DNA of 64,000 bases from an uncultured Clostridia bacterium (lineage in GTDB: Bacteria; Bacillota; Clostridia; Christensenellales; Borkfalkiaceae): NCBI GenBank assembly GCA_947589085.1, contig CANPZD010000001.1, positions 208,583 to 272,582 on the forward strand, in the 5' to 3' direction. Of this stretch, positions 36,347 to 45,268 are shown one piece after another; the first letter of the stretch is position 1, and every line of letters starts with the position of its first letter. The notes beneath the pieces are model-generated. The model saw only the letters and a program-made list of their open reading frames with translations. It was not told the DNA's origin and ran no database searches. Made by a program: the position numbers and the translations under genes.

Positions 36347-37693
36347 TTACCTCACAAGCGTCTGAAGCGACGCGATCAGATATTGCTTTATGAATTGCGG
36401 CTCGACGATTTCATCGAGATAGCCGCCCTTTGCCGCATTGAAAGGATCCCCTTTCTCGTCCGCGTAAACCTGCGCGAGCTGTTCGGCGTTCCGTCCCGGA
36501 AATTCGATCTCGGCGCCCACGGACGACTCAAACAGCGAGATCTGCGCCGTTGCAAGCGCAAACGTGTAATCGAAGCCGACGGATTTTGCGGCAAACAGAG
36601 CGTAGCCGAGGCCGATCGCTTTTCCCGTTACGACCGCAATTTTGGCGGGATCCGCTTCGTCGAGCAGGGAAAGATATTCGCCGATCTCTTTGAGCACGGC
36701 GCTGTTGGCCGTATCGAGCGAAGCCTCCACCCCTTTGCAGTCGACGAACGTGATGAGCGGAAGTCCGTAACAGCAGGCAAATTCCGTAAAATTTTTGATT
36801 TTCTTTACGTTGCCTTCGTTCAGCGCGACGTTGTCGAAGATCAGCGCCGCGACGGCGATCCCGCCCAATCTTCCCAATACGGTTTTCACTTCCGGAAACG
36901 AGCAGGCGCCAAGTTCCAGCGGAGATTCGATCAGTTTGAAGATCTCGGCCGCGGAAGCGTTCCGATTGAGCGACGGCGCAGGTTCGTTGAGTTCGGAATC
37001 CACGACGGGGATGCGTACGATATCCGAAACGGCAAGGATCTTGGAAGCCGCGTCGCGCATATCTTTCACGGCCACGGCGGGCAAATTCGCCTTTGAAAGC
37101 GCTTCGATCCCCCCGATCTCGGTTGCCTTGACGTTTTTCCCCGCCTTCGCGGAGAGCACAAACGGCGAATTTACGCAGAGCGCGGCCTGCTTCGTAAAGA
37201 ACACGACGTCGCACACCGATGCGAGCGCGGCCGAAGAACCGTACACTTCGCCGTCCAAGATCGCAAATTGCAAAACGGAGCCTTTGAGCCTGGTGGCTTT
37301 GAGCAGAAGTTCGGAGATCCCCTCGAGCACATGCACGCCCTCGCCCACGCAAACGCCGTACGAATGCAGAAGGTATACGACGGGCGTTGCGTTTTTTTCC
37401 GCCGTATTCAGCGCCTTTGCGATTTTTTCGCAGTTTGCCTTGGAAAGGCCGCCGTAGCAAACGTCGAAATTTTGCGCGATCACATAAAACGGATAGCCGC
37501 CGATGGTCGCAAAACCGGTCACGACGCCCTCTCCCTGCGCTTCCTCGTCGAAAAATTCGTTTTTGGAATAACTGAACGAGGCAAGTTCCACAAAACTGTC
37601 CTCGTCGACAAGCGCGGAAATCTGTGCGCGGACTTGTTTTCCGGCGTTTTTCAGCGCTGACTTGCGCTCTTTGAGCACTTGAATCCGATCCAT
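36347..37693 (-). CDS. Acyl-CoA carboxyltransferase (MmdA/GcdA/12S-like), divergent
   Basis: Two crotonase-like halves: GVVTGFATIGGYPFYVIAQNFDV... and GLPLITFVDCKGV...KIAVVTGKAIGLGY. ATG 37693 follows GAGG. Confidence 0.8.
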   Translation of the reverse strand: MDRIQVLKERKSALKNAGKQVRAQISALVDEDSFVELASFSYSKNEFFDEEAQGEGVVTGFATIGGYPFYVIAQNFDVCYGGLSKANCEKIAKALNTAEKNATPVVYLLHSYGVCVGEGVHVLEGISELLLKATRLKGSVLQFAILDGEVYGSSAALASVCDVVFFTKQAALCVNSPFVLSAKAGKNVKATEIGGIEALSKANLPAVAVKDMRDAASKILAVSDIVRIPVVDSELNEPAPSLNRNASAAEIFKLIESPLELGACSFPEVKTVLGRLGGIAVAALIFDNVALNEGNVKKIKNFTEFACCYGLPLITFVDCKGVEASLDTANSAVLKEIGEYLSLLDEADPAKIAVVTGKAIGLGYALFAAKSVGFDYTFALATAQISLFESSVGAEIEFPGRNAEQLAQVYADEKGDPFNAAKGGYLDEIVEPQFIKQYLIASLQTLVR

Positions 37694-37869
37694 AATTACC
37701 TCATTTCGTCCATAGAAAACACCAATTTCTACCAAATATCATTATATATAAAATCACGGAAAAAAGCAAGAAGATTCTTACAATTTCCGTGAAAATTTTA
37801 TCCGGGCGCACGATGACGTCCGATCGATAAAATTGCAGCCGCCCCGCAATGTTCCCGGACGGCGGAAAT

Positions 37870-38901
37870 TTATTTTTTGATATTTTTTTCGGAAGGCTCG
37901 TCGCGCTTTTTTACGCCTTTGGAAACCAGCGAGCCGTCGGGATCCACGACCTCCATGGTAAATTCTTCCCGTTCCGTTTTTTCTTTGACGCGCGTTTCGC
38001 GGTGAAATTTCTTTTCGAACCAGCCGAGAATGTTATCCGATTTTCTGTAGAGCACGATGAAAAGGATCACGACAAGGACGAAAATGATCGCCCACGTGAG
38101 GATCCCCCACCATGTATTGAACGGGATGAGCGTGATGGAATAGCTTGTCGTAAAGATCGCAAGCACGCGCGAGATCACGATCACGGCGAGAAAATACCAC
38201 AGGGACATCGAGGACATCCCGGCCACGAAACAGAGAACGTCGTCCGGGAAAACGGGAAGAAGAAACATTGCCGTAAGCAGAAGTTTATCTTTTCCCTTGA
38301 TCTTTTTCAGCCATTTTTCCAGCGTTTCTTTGCCGATCAGCCACGAGACGACGCGCGTGCCCGCATATCTGCCGACGAGAAAGGCGACGAGCGATCCGAG
38401 GACGATCCCGAGCAGGCTCAAAAGGCTGCCCCAGAGCGGATTGAACAGCGCGGCGCCCGCCACCACGGTCACGGTGCTCGGAATGGGCAGGATCACGACT
38501 TGCAGAAATTGCAGAAGCACAAAAAGCACGTACATCCAGCCGGATTGGCGCAAAAACGCTTCAAGCTGTTCCTCATCGCGCATGATCTTGAAAAATCCCG
38601 TTCTGATCAGAATGTACGCAACCACGGCAAAAAACACGGCCATGACGTACAGCGTGATACAGAATTTATAGATCACTTCCTTGCGGAGAAAATAACAGAC
38701 GTAATCGGTGATCAGAAGCGCGGCGTTCAAAAGGCTCCCCCCGATCAGGGCGAGCAGCCACCAGACCTGCTTCCATTCGCCGCGGTAGGCTTGAAGGCAA
38801 AGAACAAAAAAGACCTCCGTCACGATGGCGGCCGCGGCAACCGAAAGAATATGTACGACGCGCCAAACATTCGTACGTTGTGCCTGTTCCTGTTTTTTCA
38901 T
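37870..38901 (-). CDS. TVP38/TMEM64 (DedA-related) family membrane protein with an extra N-terminal TM region
   Basis: LQVVILPIPSTVTVVAGAALF...LVGRYAG core pattern; start ATG 38901. Confidence 0.75.
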   Translation of the reverse strand: MKKQEQAQRTNVWRVVHILSVAAAAIVTEVFFVLCLQAYRGEWKQVWWLLALIGGSLLNAALLITDYVCYFLRKEVIYKFCITLYVMAVFFAVVAYILIRTGFFKIMRDEEQLEAFLRQSGWMYVLFVLLQFLQVVILPIPSTVTVVAGAALFNPLWGSLLSLLGIVLGSLVAFLVGRYAGTRVVSWLIGKETLEKWLKKIKGKDKLLLTAMFLLPVFPDDVLCFVAGMSSMSLWYFLAVIVISRVLAIFTTSYSITLIPFNTWWGILTWAIIFVLVVILFIVLYRKSDNILGWFEKKFHRETRVKEKTEREEFTMEVVDPDGSLVSKGVKKRDEPSEKNIKK

Positions 38902-38935
38902 GAAGCCTTTATAGTATATCCTGCATGCAGGCAAA

Positions 38936-39382
38936 TTATAAGTTTTTCGAAGACGGGATCGCCGCCCGCGCAAGCTCGTCGCATCGATTGTTGAGTTCGT
39001 TGTCGGCGTGCCCTTTCACCTTGCAAAAGGTCACTTCATGGACGCGCGTCAGTTCCGCAAGCTCTTTCCAGAGGTCGTCGTTGAGAACGGCCTTGCGGTC
39101 GGATTTTTTCCATCCGTCCTTTTCCCATGCGCGGATCCAGCCTTCCCGGAAGGCGTTTACGGTGTAGGCGGAATCGCTGTACACCGTGACCTTGCAGGGA
39201 TATTTCAGTTTCCTGAGGCCCTCGATGACCGCCGTAAGTTCCATACGGTTGTTTGTCGTCTCTTTTTCGCCGCCAGAAAGTTCAAGGCGATGCTCGCCGT
39301 AGAGCAGCACGCAACCCCACCCTCCCGCGCCGGGATTGCCGGAGCAGGCGCCGTCGGTATAGAGAACCACCTGTTTTTTCAT
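38936..39382 (-). CDS. rnhA: Ribonuclease HI
   Basis: LYTDGACSGNPGAGGWG, TNNRMELTA, VKGHADNELNNRCDELA. Confidence 0.93.
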   Translation of the reverse strand: MKKQVVLYTDGACSGNPGAGGWGCVLLYGEHRLELSGGEKETTNNRMELTAVIEGLRKLKYPCKVTVYSDSAYTVNAFREGWIRAWEKDGWKKSDRKAVLNDDLWKELAELTRVHEVTFCKVKGHADNELNNRCDELARAAIPSSKNL

Positions 39383-39418
39383 CTTGCACCTTTTTTTTCG
39401 CAATCGCCGAAAAAGTCC

Positions 39419-39447
39419 TTGACGAATGACGAAGAATCCGCTATAAT
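39419..39447 (+). promoter_or_regulatory. SigA promoter of tRNA-Trp
   Basis: TTGACG (39419-39424), 17 nt, TATAAT (39442-39447). Confidence 0.65.
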
Positions 39448-39458
39448 CATACTTGCAC

Positions 39459-39533
39459 AGGGGAGTAGTTCAATGGTAGAGCAACGGTCTCCAAAACCGT
39501 CTGTTGCGTGTTCGAGTCGCGTCTCCCCTGCCA
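39459..39533 (+). tRNA. trnW: tRNA-Trp (anticodon CCA)
   Basis: Acceptor AGGGGAG/CTCCCCT, anticodon arm ACGGT-CTCCAAA-ACCGT, T-loop TTCGAGT, encoded CCA end. Confidence 0.9.
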
Positions 39534-39535
39534 AA

Positions 39536-39567
39536 ACGCAGTTCCGATCGAAGGACTGCGTTTTTTC
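39536..39567 (+). terminator. Intrinsic terminator after tRNA-Trp
   Basis: ACGCAGT...ACTGCGT followed by TTTTTT. Confidence 0.75.
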
Positions 39568-39664
39568 TTATCTTATGTGCTTATTATAGCATAGCGCAAA
39601 AAATCTTTCAATCGTTTTTCCCAATCTTTGCCAAAAGCTTCCGCAAGGCGGCAATGCCGACAGA

Positions 39665-42600
39665 TCATCGCTTTTTTCTGCGCGCGGTTTGTCCGGCGGC
39701 CGCACGCGCGCCGCATACGGCGCCGAACGCGATCAGAAAGGCGACGGCCGTGGAAATCATGACCGCGCCGCTTCCCATGCCCGTTCGCCGCGTCGGAAAA
39801 ATTTTATCTTCACGATAATTTTCGCCCTGAAACACCACTTCCGCCGTGAATACGGTATTCTCCTCTCCGCGCTCTTCGGACTGTTTTTCGCTCGCGACGT
39901 CCGTCAGAATTTCCGTGTGTCCGCATGTTTCGCAGACAAAGCTCGCCGAAGCCGTCCAACCGTCGCCGTCCGGCTCCCAATTCCAGATCGGCGCCCCGTA
40001 TCGATGTCCCGCGGCGGGAATTTTCTTCTCCCGAAGATCGGAAAACGTCTTGCCGCCGCATTCGGCATAGGCAATGCGACGCTCGATCCCCTCGGTTTCG
40101 CAAGTCGCCGGTTCGGTTTCTTCGGCCGTCGTAACGTCGACGGTCAATCTGTGGTTTGTATCGTTCTTGCAGATGAGAACCGCCGATGTGCAGACCCATA
40201 CGCCTGTCTCCCGAAACGACCAGTCAAAGACCGCCGCATAGTCATGGCCCGTTGCGGGAATGGATTCCGCGCAATACACAGTCCATGCGGCTTCTCCGTT
40301 TTGAAAGCGGTCGGCGGAACGATCCCCTTCTCCGTTCGCCAGCAGATCGATCCCGATCACGGCAAAATACCGCACGTACCCGTCGGACGTGCAAGTCGCC
40401 TCCTGAGAGGACTCGATTTCTGCCGCTTTGCGTACCGTTCTTTGCTCCGTGCAGCCGGAATTTGAGCAGACAAATCCGATTTCCGCCGCTTTTTGCGTCA
40501 GATCCCAATTCTGCCCCGAAATTTTCCAGCAATGGCCGTATGCAGGCAAAATTTCCGTATAACTGCTCGAAACGGAGCCGTTTCGTTCCGAAACCGCCGA
40601 GTACGTCACCGAGCCGGGAAGCACGCACGTCCCCGGGATCGCAACGCCCCGCTCTGCGATCAGGCGTTCCTGTTCCGTCCAGCCGCAGTTTTCTTCGCAG
40701 ATCCAATATGCCGTCGCAACAAACCCGTCTCCCGCTTTTTCCCAACGCCACCCCGCGGTGCGCGCGAGCGCGTCGCCGCCCTTTGATCCGTCGATCCGCT
40801 CGCCGTGTTCCGTCACGACAAAGGAATATCGCTCGGAAAGGCCGGTATAATTCTCTGTTTCTGGTACCGTCGCTTTCACGTAATAAGTCCCTTTCGGCGT
40901 CGCGCGGTCAAAAGAGCCGAAATATACGCGCGTGCAGGCTTCGTCGGTATAATATCCGAGCACGGCAGAACCGAACTGCGCGGCGGGAAGCGTTTCGGCG
41001 GCAGCCTCCTGATGCACCCGTGCCCAACCGACCCGTGCGTATTCCGTGCCCCATGCGTTTTCCGCTTTTTCGATCCGGAACGATCCGCGGGTCTCGATGA
41101 GAAAATTGCGCGCCGCGTCGCCCGTAAGAGCTACGGAGGCGGAATACGTTCCGGCGTTGAGCGGAACGGCGCGACCTTCATAGCAGATTATGTACTGCGT
41201 GCCGATGAGTTCTTCCAAGGGGCGCGCAAGCGCGCCTTGCGGAACGCTTTCGCCGTCGAAAAAAGCGACTTCCGCGCTCTGCGCTTTGCCGTTGTACGGT
41301 TTTTCTCCGCCGATCTCCGCAATGACCCTGCGCGGCGAAACGATCAGCGTCGCGCGCGGCATTGCGGGCGCCCTGTAATTTGCATTTTCCGGCACGGAAA
41401 AGAAAAGTTCGGCGGAATAGATCCCCGCATGAACGGTCTCCTCCGCGGCAACGGTCTCATGTGCGCATGTGTAGATACATTCCGGAAGCCCGACCAAAGG
41501 GATTTCCGTTCCGTCGACGCCAAAAACATGAACTTCTGGCGCGTACGGATTCGGATTTCCGTTGTACACGGCGTTCCGATCGCCGAATCCCTCCGTCACC
41601 ACGCGATATTCGGCCTGTTCGATCGTAAAATCGCCCGTTGTCGCCGTGATTTCAAAGTTTTTCGCCGCGCTGTTCGTCAGGAAAACTTCCACGCGATAGC
41701 GGCCTGCGGCAATATGGGATTCCGCTCCCGGAAATCCGCCGTATGCGAGCGAATAAAACGCGCCGTCCTTCGTCAGGAGCGCAAGCAGAGCGGCTTCCGA
41801 GAGGCGGGATTCCGCGTCGGAAAACATCACGGCGGCGTCCTGCGGTTCCGCGTTATAAACGGGATCGCCCGAAATGATCGCTTTAATCTTGCGGCGGACG
41901 ATCTCGAATTCAAACGTTTCTTCGCCCGTAAAATTTCCGCGGGCGACGACGGTCATTTTTGCGATCCCGGCATTCACGTTGTCGGAATAAAAAAGCTCGT
42001 AATCCGCAGCGGTAAACGGGATCGATCCGACGGAAAAGGCGATCGGAACAGCCGGACGCTTTTCCGTACCGTCGTATCGGAATGTCTCGTGCCAATCCGG
42101 TTTTTTCAGTCGGCCGCCGATTTCCAAAGGCACGATACGGATCTCGAGAAAATCGTGCGAAAACGTAAGCGCATAGTTCTCTGCGTCTGCGCCTTCAAGC
42201 TTGCTTTCGGTGAGCCAAATATAGTAGGAACCGACGGGAAGAAACCCCTCTTCGGGCGGATCGTAGGTGGAATGCCAGTGGCCGAAGTTCTCGATTCGAT
42301 CTCCCGGAAGGATCCCGCCGACCTCGATTTGCATGCTGACAAAAAACGGATCGCTGCCGTAAGGCACAAAGATCTGCCCCTCTGAAAGTTCCGTTTCGTA
42401 CTCCGAGTCGCGATTGGTCCATTGCAGCTTTACGGACTTCGGCACGACCGTCATGCAATCGGCCGTTCCGCCGCGCTCCGAAATCAGGAGAATTTTTTCG
42501 CGTTCTCCCCATTCGGCCGTCAGAGAATAGGTCCCGGCGCAAAGATTGCCCGAAGCGCTTGTTTTCGCCTCCGCGATCCCGAACGTGACTTCCGCTAACA

Positions 42601-44521
42601 ACGCCTTTGCGCCTTCTTGATAGCCGTATATCGCGAGGATCCGTTCCGAAATCTGCGTTTTTAACCAATCGGAGACGGCAATTTCATCGTTCCAATCGAC
42701 CGACGGTCCCTCTCCGTAAGAAAATTCAAGCGAACTTTGCAGTTTGATCCGCACGGGACCGCCCGAAAGGGTCACGTCGAGATACCACGCCTCTTGCGGC
42801 GTTTCGTGATAGGGCGCCGCGACGGTCACGCGGATGCGCCATGTTCCGCCCGATTTCAGAAGATACGGAACGGCCGCCCCGCCCTCGTAAAGGCACTCGT
42901 CCGCTTGCGATTCGCCGTCATAGGAAACAAGCTTATAAGCGATCTCCGCGTCGGAGATCCCGACCCCGCCGGAAAAACGCAATGCGGCGCCGGTTATCTC
43001 CGCAAGATAGCCTTCGCCGCATTGTTCTTCCCGTCGCCAAACGCCCTGTTCGGCGCCGATTTGTTCGATTTGCGCGTAAGTCACCGTACACGTGCCTTTG
43101 CCCGCGCGCACTTCATAGTTGTTTTTGAGCCGCAGATTTTCAGACTCTTCGCCCTCTGCGAACCGCGCTTCGATATCGTATACGCCCGGTTTTGCCCAAT
43201 CCGTTTTTACGTCGCTCGCTTCGCACGACCGGGCGGCTCCGAGAAAAAATTTCAAAGCGCCGCCGACGCTCCGCCCGTCCGATTCGAGGAATTCCGCGCT
43301 GTCTCCTTCATACGACCAGAATCCGCCGCGATCGTCTCCCGCTTTCAGTTCCGCGCCTTCCCGCAAAACGGCGCCGGCGGCTAAAAGTTCGCCGCTCCCG
43401 AACGTCGTTGTACGGTCCTGCGGCTGAATGCAGACGACGCGTCTGACGATATGCACGGCGAAGGAACCGTTTTCCGATATCGCATAATTTTCACGGTATT
43501 CCGCCCGCAGTTCGGCATGAAAATAGAGAACGGTGCCCGCATCCGACGGATCGGAGGAATAGAAATTTCCGTCGGAGGCATACGCCGTCCGTTCGCTGTC
43601 CGCAACGATATCGGCATATCCGTCCAGAGGCCCCATACGAAAATCCGCGCTGGAAAGTCCGAGAGAAAGGTAGCGCTGAATTTGTTCGCCCGCGTAGCCG
43701 TTGTACACGAAATCGGCTGCGCCGTCGTCCGTTTTTCGCCATGTCACACGGGCATTTTCCGCGGTTTCGGGGCCGTTTTCGGAATTTTCCGTGCGCCATT
43801 CGACCGCAATGCGCGCCTTTTTGATTTCAAACGGATGCTCTTCTCCATAGACGAGATAGTTCCCGGCCCCGGGGCCGCAAAGCTCTGCGCGCGCCGTGTA
43901 CATCCCCGCATCCGTGCCGTAACTATCCGCTTTGATGTCGAAAAATACGACGCTGTCCGATTCGCCCGCCGCAAGAGCGGAACAGGATAAAGACGGCGCC
44001 TGCGGCGAGCCGCTGTAATAAAGAGGGTCCTCCGCCCATTCGAGCACGACCGGACGCTCCGTGATCCGGATCAGAAGTTGCGTTTTGCTTCCGTCGGCAA
44101 ACCGATACCCATCTTTTGCCGTTGCCGTCACCATGACGTAGGATCCCGCGGAAGACGCGCCCTCCTCGCACGAAAGCGTAACGGCATTCGCAACGCCGTT
44201 TTCCGCGACGACCGTCAAAATTTCCGAGCGCCGCGCGAGCGCGTCCGCAACGCTTGCGCCGTTGTAGACGAACAGCTTGTCCGCGATCCCGTCGCCGTCC
44301 TGCCACATCACATGGCGGTTCTCCGGCCCCTCTTCGCCGGACGTATCGTCCGAAGTTCTCCAGGAATCTTCCGTCAGAAACAATTCCGCGGATCGGACCG
44401 CCGCGGCGGCCGAACGCCGACCGATCAGGATCGAACAGACCGCGACGCAAATAACAACAGCAAACAATGCAAGCAAGATAACGAGCCGCCGCTTTTTGCA
44501 CCCGAAAAAAAACGCCTTCAT
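39665..44521 (-). CDS. Giant (1618 aa) repeat-rich cell-surface protein with an N-terminal signal/anchor and a C-terminal TM anchor
   Basis: N-terminus KKRRLVILLALFAVVICVAVCSILIG. Many repeats of about 90-100 aa carry Y-x-G...AG-x-Y...NY...F-x-I motifs. Four Cys-containing modules lie near the C-terminus. The protein ends GAVMISTAVAFLIAFGAVCG...RRKKR, with no LPXTG. Confidence 0.85.
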   Translation of the reverse strand: MKAFFFGCKKRRLVILLALFAVVICVAVCSILIGRRSAAAAVRSAELFLTEDSWRTSDDTSGEEGPENRHVMWQDGDGIADKLFVYNGASVADALARRSEILTVVAENGVANAVTLSCEEGASSAGSYVMVTATAKDGYRFADGSKTQLLIRITERPVVLEWAEDPLYYSGSPQAPSLSCSALAAGESDSVVFFDIKADSYGTDAGMYTARAELCGPGAGNYLVYGEEHPFEIKKARIAVEWRTENSENGPETAENARVTWRKTDDGAADFVYNGYAGEQIQRYLSLGLSSADFRMGPLDGYADIVADSERTAYASDGNFYSSDPSDAGTVLYFHAELRAEYRENYAISENGSFAVHIVRRVVCIQPQDRTTTFGSGELLAAGAVLREGAELKAGDDRGGFWSYEGDSAEFLESDGRSVGGALKFFLGAARSCEASDVKTDWAKPGVYDIEARFAEGEESENLRLKNNYEVRAGKGTCTVTYAQIEQIGAEQGVWRREEQCGEGYLAEITGAALRFSGGVGISDAEIAYKLVSYDGESQADECLYEGGAAVPYLLKSGGTWRIRVTVAAPYHETPQEAWYLDVTLSGGPVRIKLQSSLEFSYGEGPSVDWNDEIAVSDWLKTQISERILAIYGYQEGAKALLAEVTFGIAEAKTSASGNLCAGTYSLTAEWGEREKILLISERGGTADCMTVVPKSVKLQWTNRDSEYETELSEGQIFVPYGSDPFFVSMQIEVGGILPGDRIENFGHWHSTYDPPEEGFLPVGSYYIWLTESKLEGADAENYALTFSHDFLEIRIVPLEIGGRLKKPDWHETFRYDGTEKRPAVPIAFSVGSIPFTAADYELFYSDNVNAGIAKMTVVARGNFTGEETFEFEIVRRKIKAIISGDPVYNAEPQDAAVMFSDAESRLSEAALLALLTKDGAFYSLAYGGFPGAESHIAAGRYRVEVFLTNSAAKNFEITATTGDFTIEQAEYRVVTEGFGDRNAVYNGNPNPYAPEVHVFGVDGTEIPLVGLPECIYTCAHETVAAEETVHAGIYSAELFFSVPENANYRAPAMPRATLIVSPRRVIAEIGGEKPYNGKAQSAEVAFFDGESVPQGALARPLEELIGTQYIICYEGRAVPLNAGTYSASVALTGDAARNFLIETRGSFRIEKAENAWGTEYARVGWARVHQEAAAETLPAAQFGSAVLGYYTDEACTRVYFGSFDRATPKGTYYVKATVPETENYTGLSERYSFVVTEHGERIDGSKGGDALARTAGWRWEKAGDGFVATAYWICEENCGWTEQERLIAERGVAIPGTCVLPGSVTYSAVSERNGSVSSSYTEILPAYGHCWKISGQNWDLTQKAAEIGFVCSNSGCTEQRTVRKAAEIESSQEATCTSDGYVRYFAVIGIDLLANGEGDRSADRFQNGEAAWTVYCAESIPATGHDYAAVFDWSFRETGVWVCTSAVLICKNDTNHRLTVDVTTAEETEPATCETEGIERRIAYAECGGKTFSDLREKKIPAAGHRYGAPIWNWEPDGDGWTASASFVCETCGHTEILTDVASEKQSEERGEENTVFTAEVVFQGENYREDKIFPTRRTGMGSGAVMISTAVAFLIAFGAVCGARAAAGQTARRKKR

Positions 44522-44563
44522 GATCGCCTCGCAAAAGTATGATATTGTAATTATTTTAATTCA

Positions 44564-44607
44564 ATATATACTTCTCGGGGGAATTTGTCAACATTTTTCG
44601 ACAAATT
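44564..44607 (-). promoter_or_regulatory. Promoter of the giant surface-protein gene with an inverted repeat over the -35
   Basis: On the - strand: TTGACA (44591-44586), 16 nt, TATATT (44569-44564). Inverted repeat AATTTGTC (44582-44589) / GACAAATT (44600-44607), plus TGTCGAAA direct repeats. Confidence 0.5.
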
Positions 44608-44644
44608 TCGACATGTAAAGGAGATCTTTTCGGCATTTTTATAT

Positions 44645-44677
44645 CAAAAAAGGACCTTTTTCATGCGTTCGGGTCCT
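44645..44677 (-). terminator. Intrinsic terminator of coaE
   Basis: AGGACC (44651-44656) / GGTCCT (44672-44677), with a T-run on the - strand (A-run 44645-44650). Confidence 0.7.
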
Positions 44678-44692
44678 GAATTCGATCGTATT

Positions 44693-45268
44693 TCAAGCGA
44701 GACCGAGCCGGTGCAGAATTTCTTCCGCCGCGCGCGCCAGATCTTCGAGCGAGCCGTTGTTTTCCACGCGGAGACACCGCGCGTCGGCAATGCGGGACTG
44801 ATCGATCTGCACGGCGATGCGCTGCGCCGCCTCCGCCGGAGTGAGCCTTTCCGCAACCGAACGGATCCGGGATTCCCGGCTTCTTATCAGCGCAATTACG
44901 GCGTCGAACTGCGTTTCGTAACCGCCCTCGAACAGCAGCGGAACTTCCGCAAACGCAATCGGAAACTCTTTCATGCGGGAAAAAAGAATTTCCATGATCC
45001 GCGGATGCGCGTATTCATTGAGTTTTTTCCGCGCGTCGTCATCGGAAAACACCAGGTCGGAAAGCCGTCGTTTCTGCGGGATCCCATCGGATACGCATGC
45101 GGGAAACCGTTCGGCCAGCCCCGCAAGATATTCGCTATCCCGCCAAAGGCCGTCGGAAATTTCGTCGCACGAGAACACGGGATATCCTTTTGCTCTCAAT
45201 ATACCGCAAAATGCGGTTTTTCCGCTGCCCAATCCTCCCGTTACGGCTATTTTTTTATTTTGCGTCAT
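44693..45268 (-). CDS. coaE: Dephospho-CoA kinase
   Basis: KIAVTGGLGSGKTAFCGIL P-loop; 191 aa; overlaps the polA 3' end. Confidence 0.9.
   Translation of the reverse strand: MTQNKKIAVTGGLGSGKTAFCGILRAKGYPVFSCDEISDGLWRDSEYLAGLAERFPACVSDGIPQKRRLSDLVFSDDDARKKLNEYAHPRIMEILFSRMKEFPIAFAEVPLLFEGGYETQFDAVIALIRSRESRIRSVAERLTPAEAAQRIAVQIDQSRIADARCLRVENNGSLEDLARAAEEILHRLGLA

Noticed and set aside
39665-39800. A sortase (LPXTG) anchor in the giant protein.
   Set aside because: The C-terminus has a hydrophobic helix and a basic tail, but the preceding sequence (IFPTRRTGMGSG) is not an LPXTG-type motif. I treat it as a plain TM anchor.
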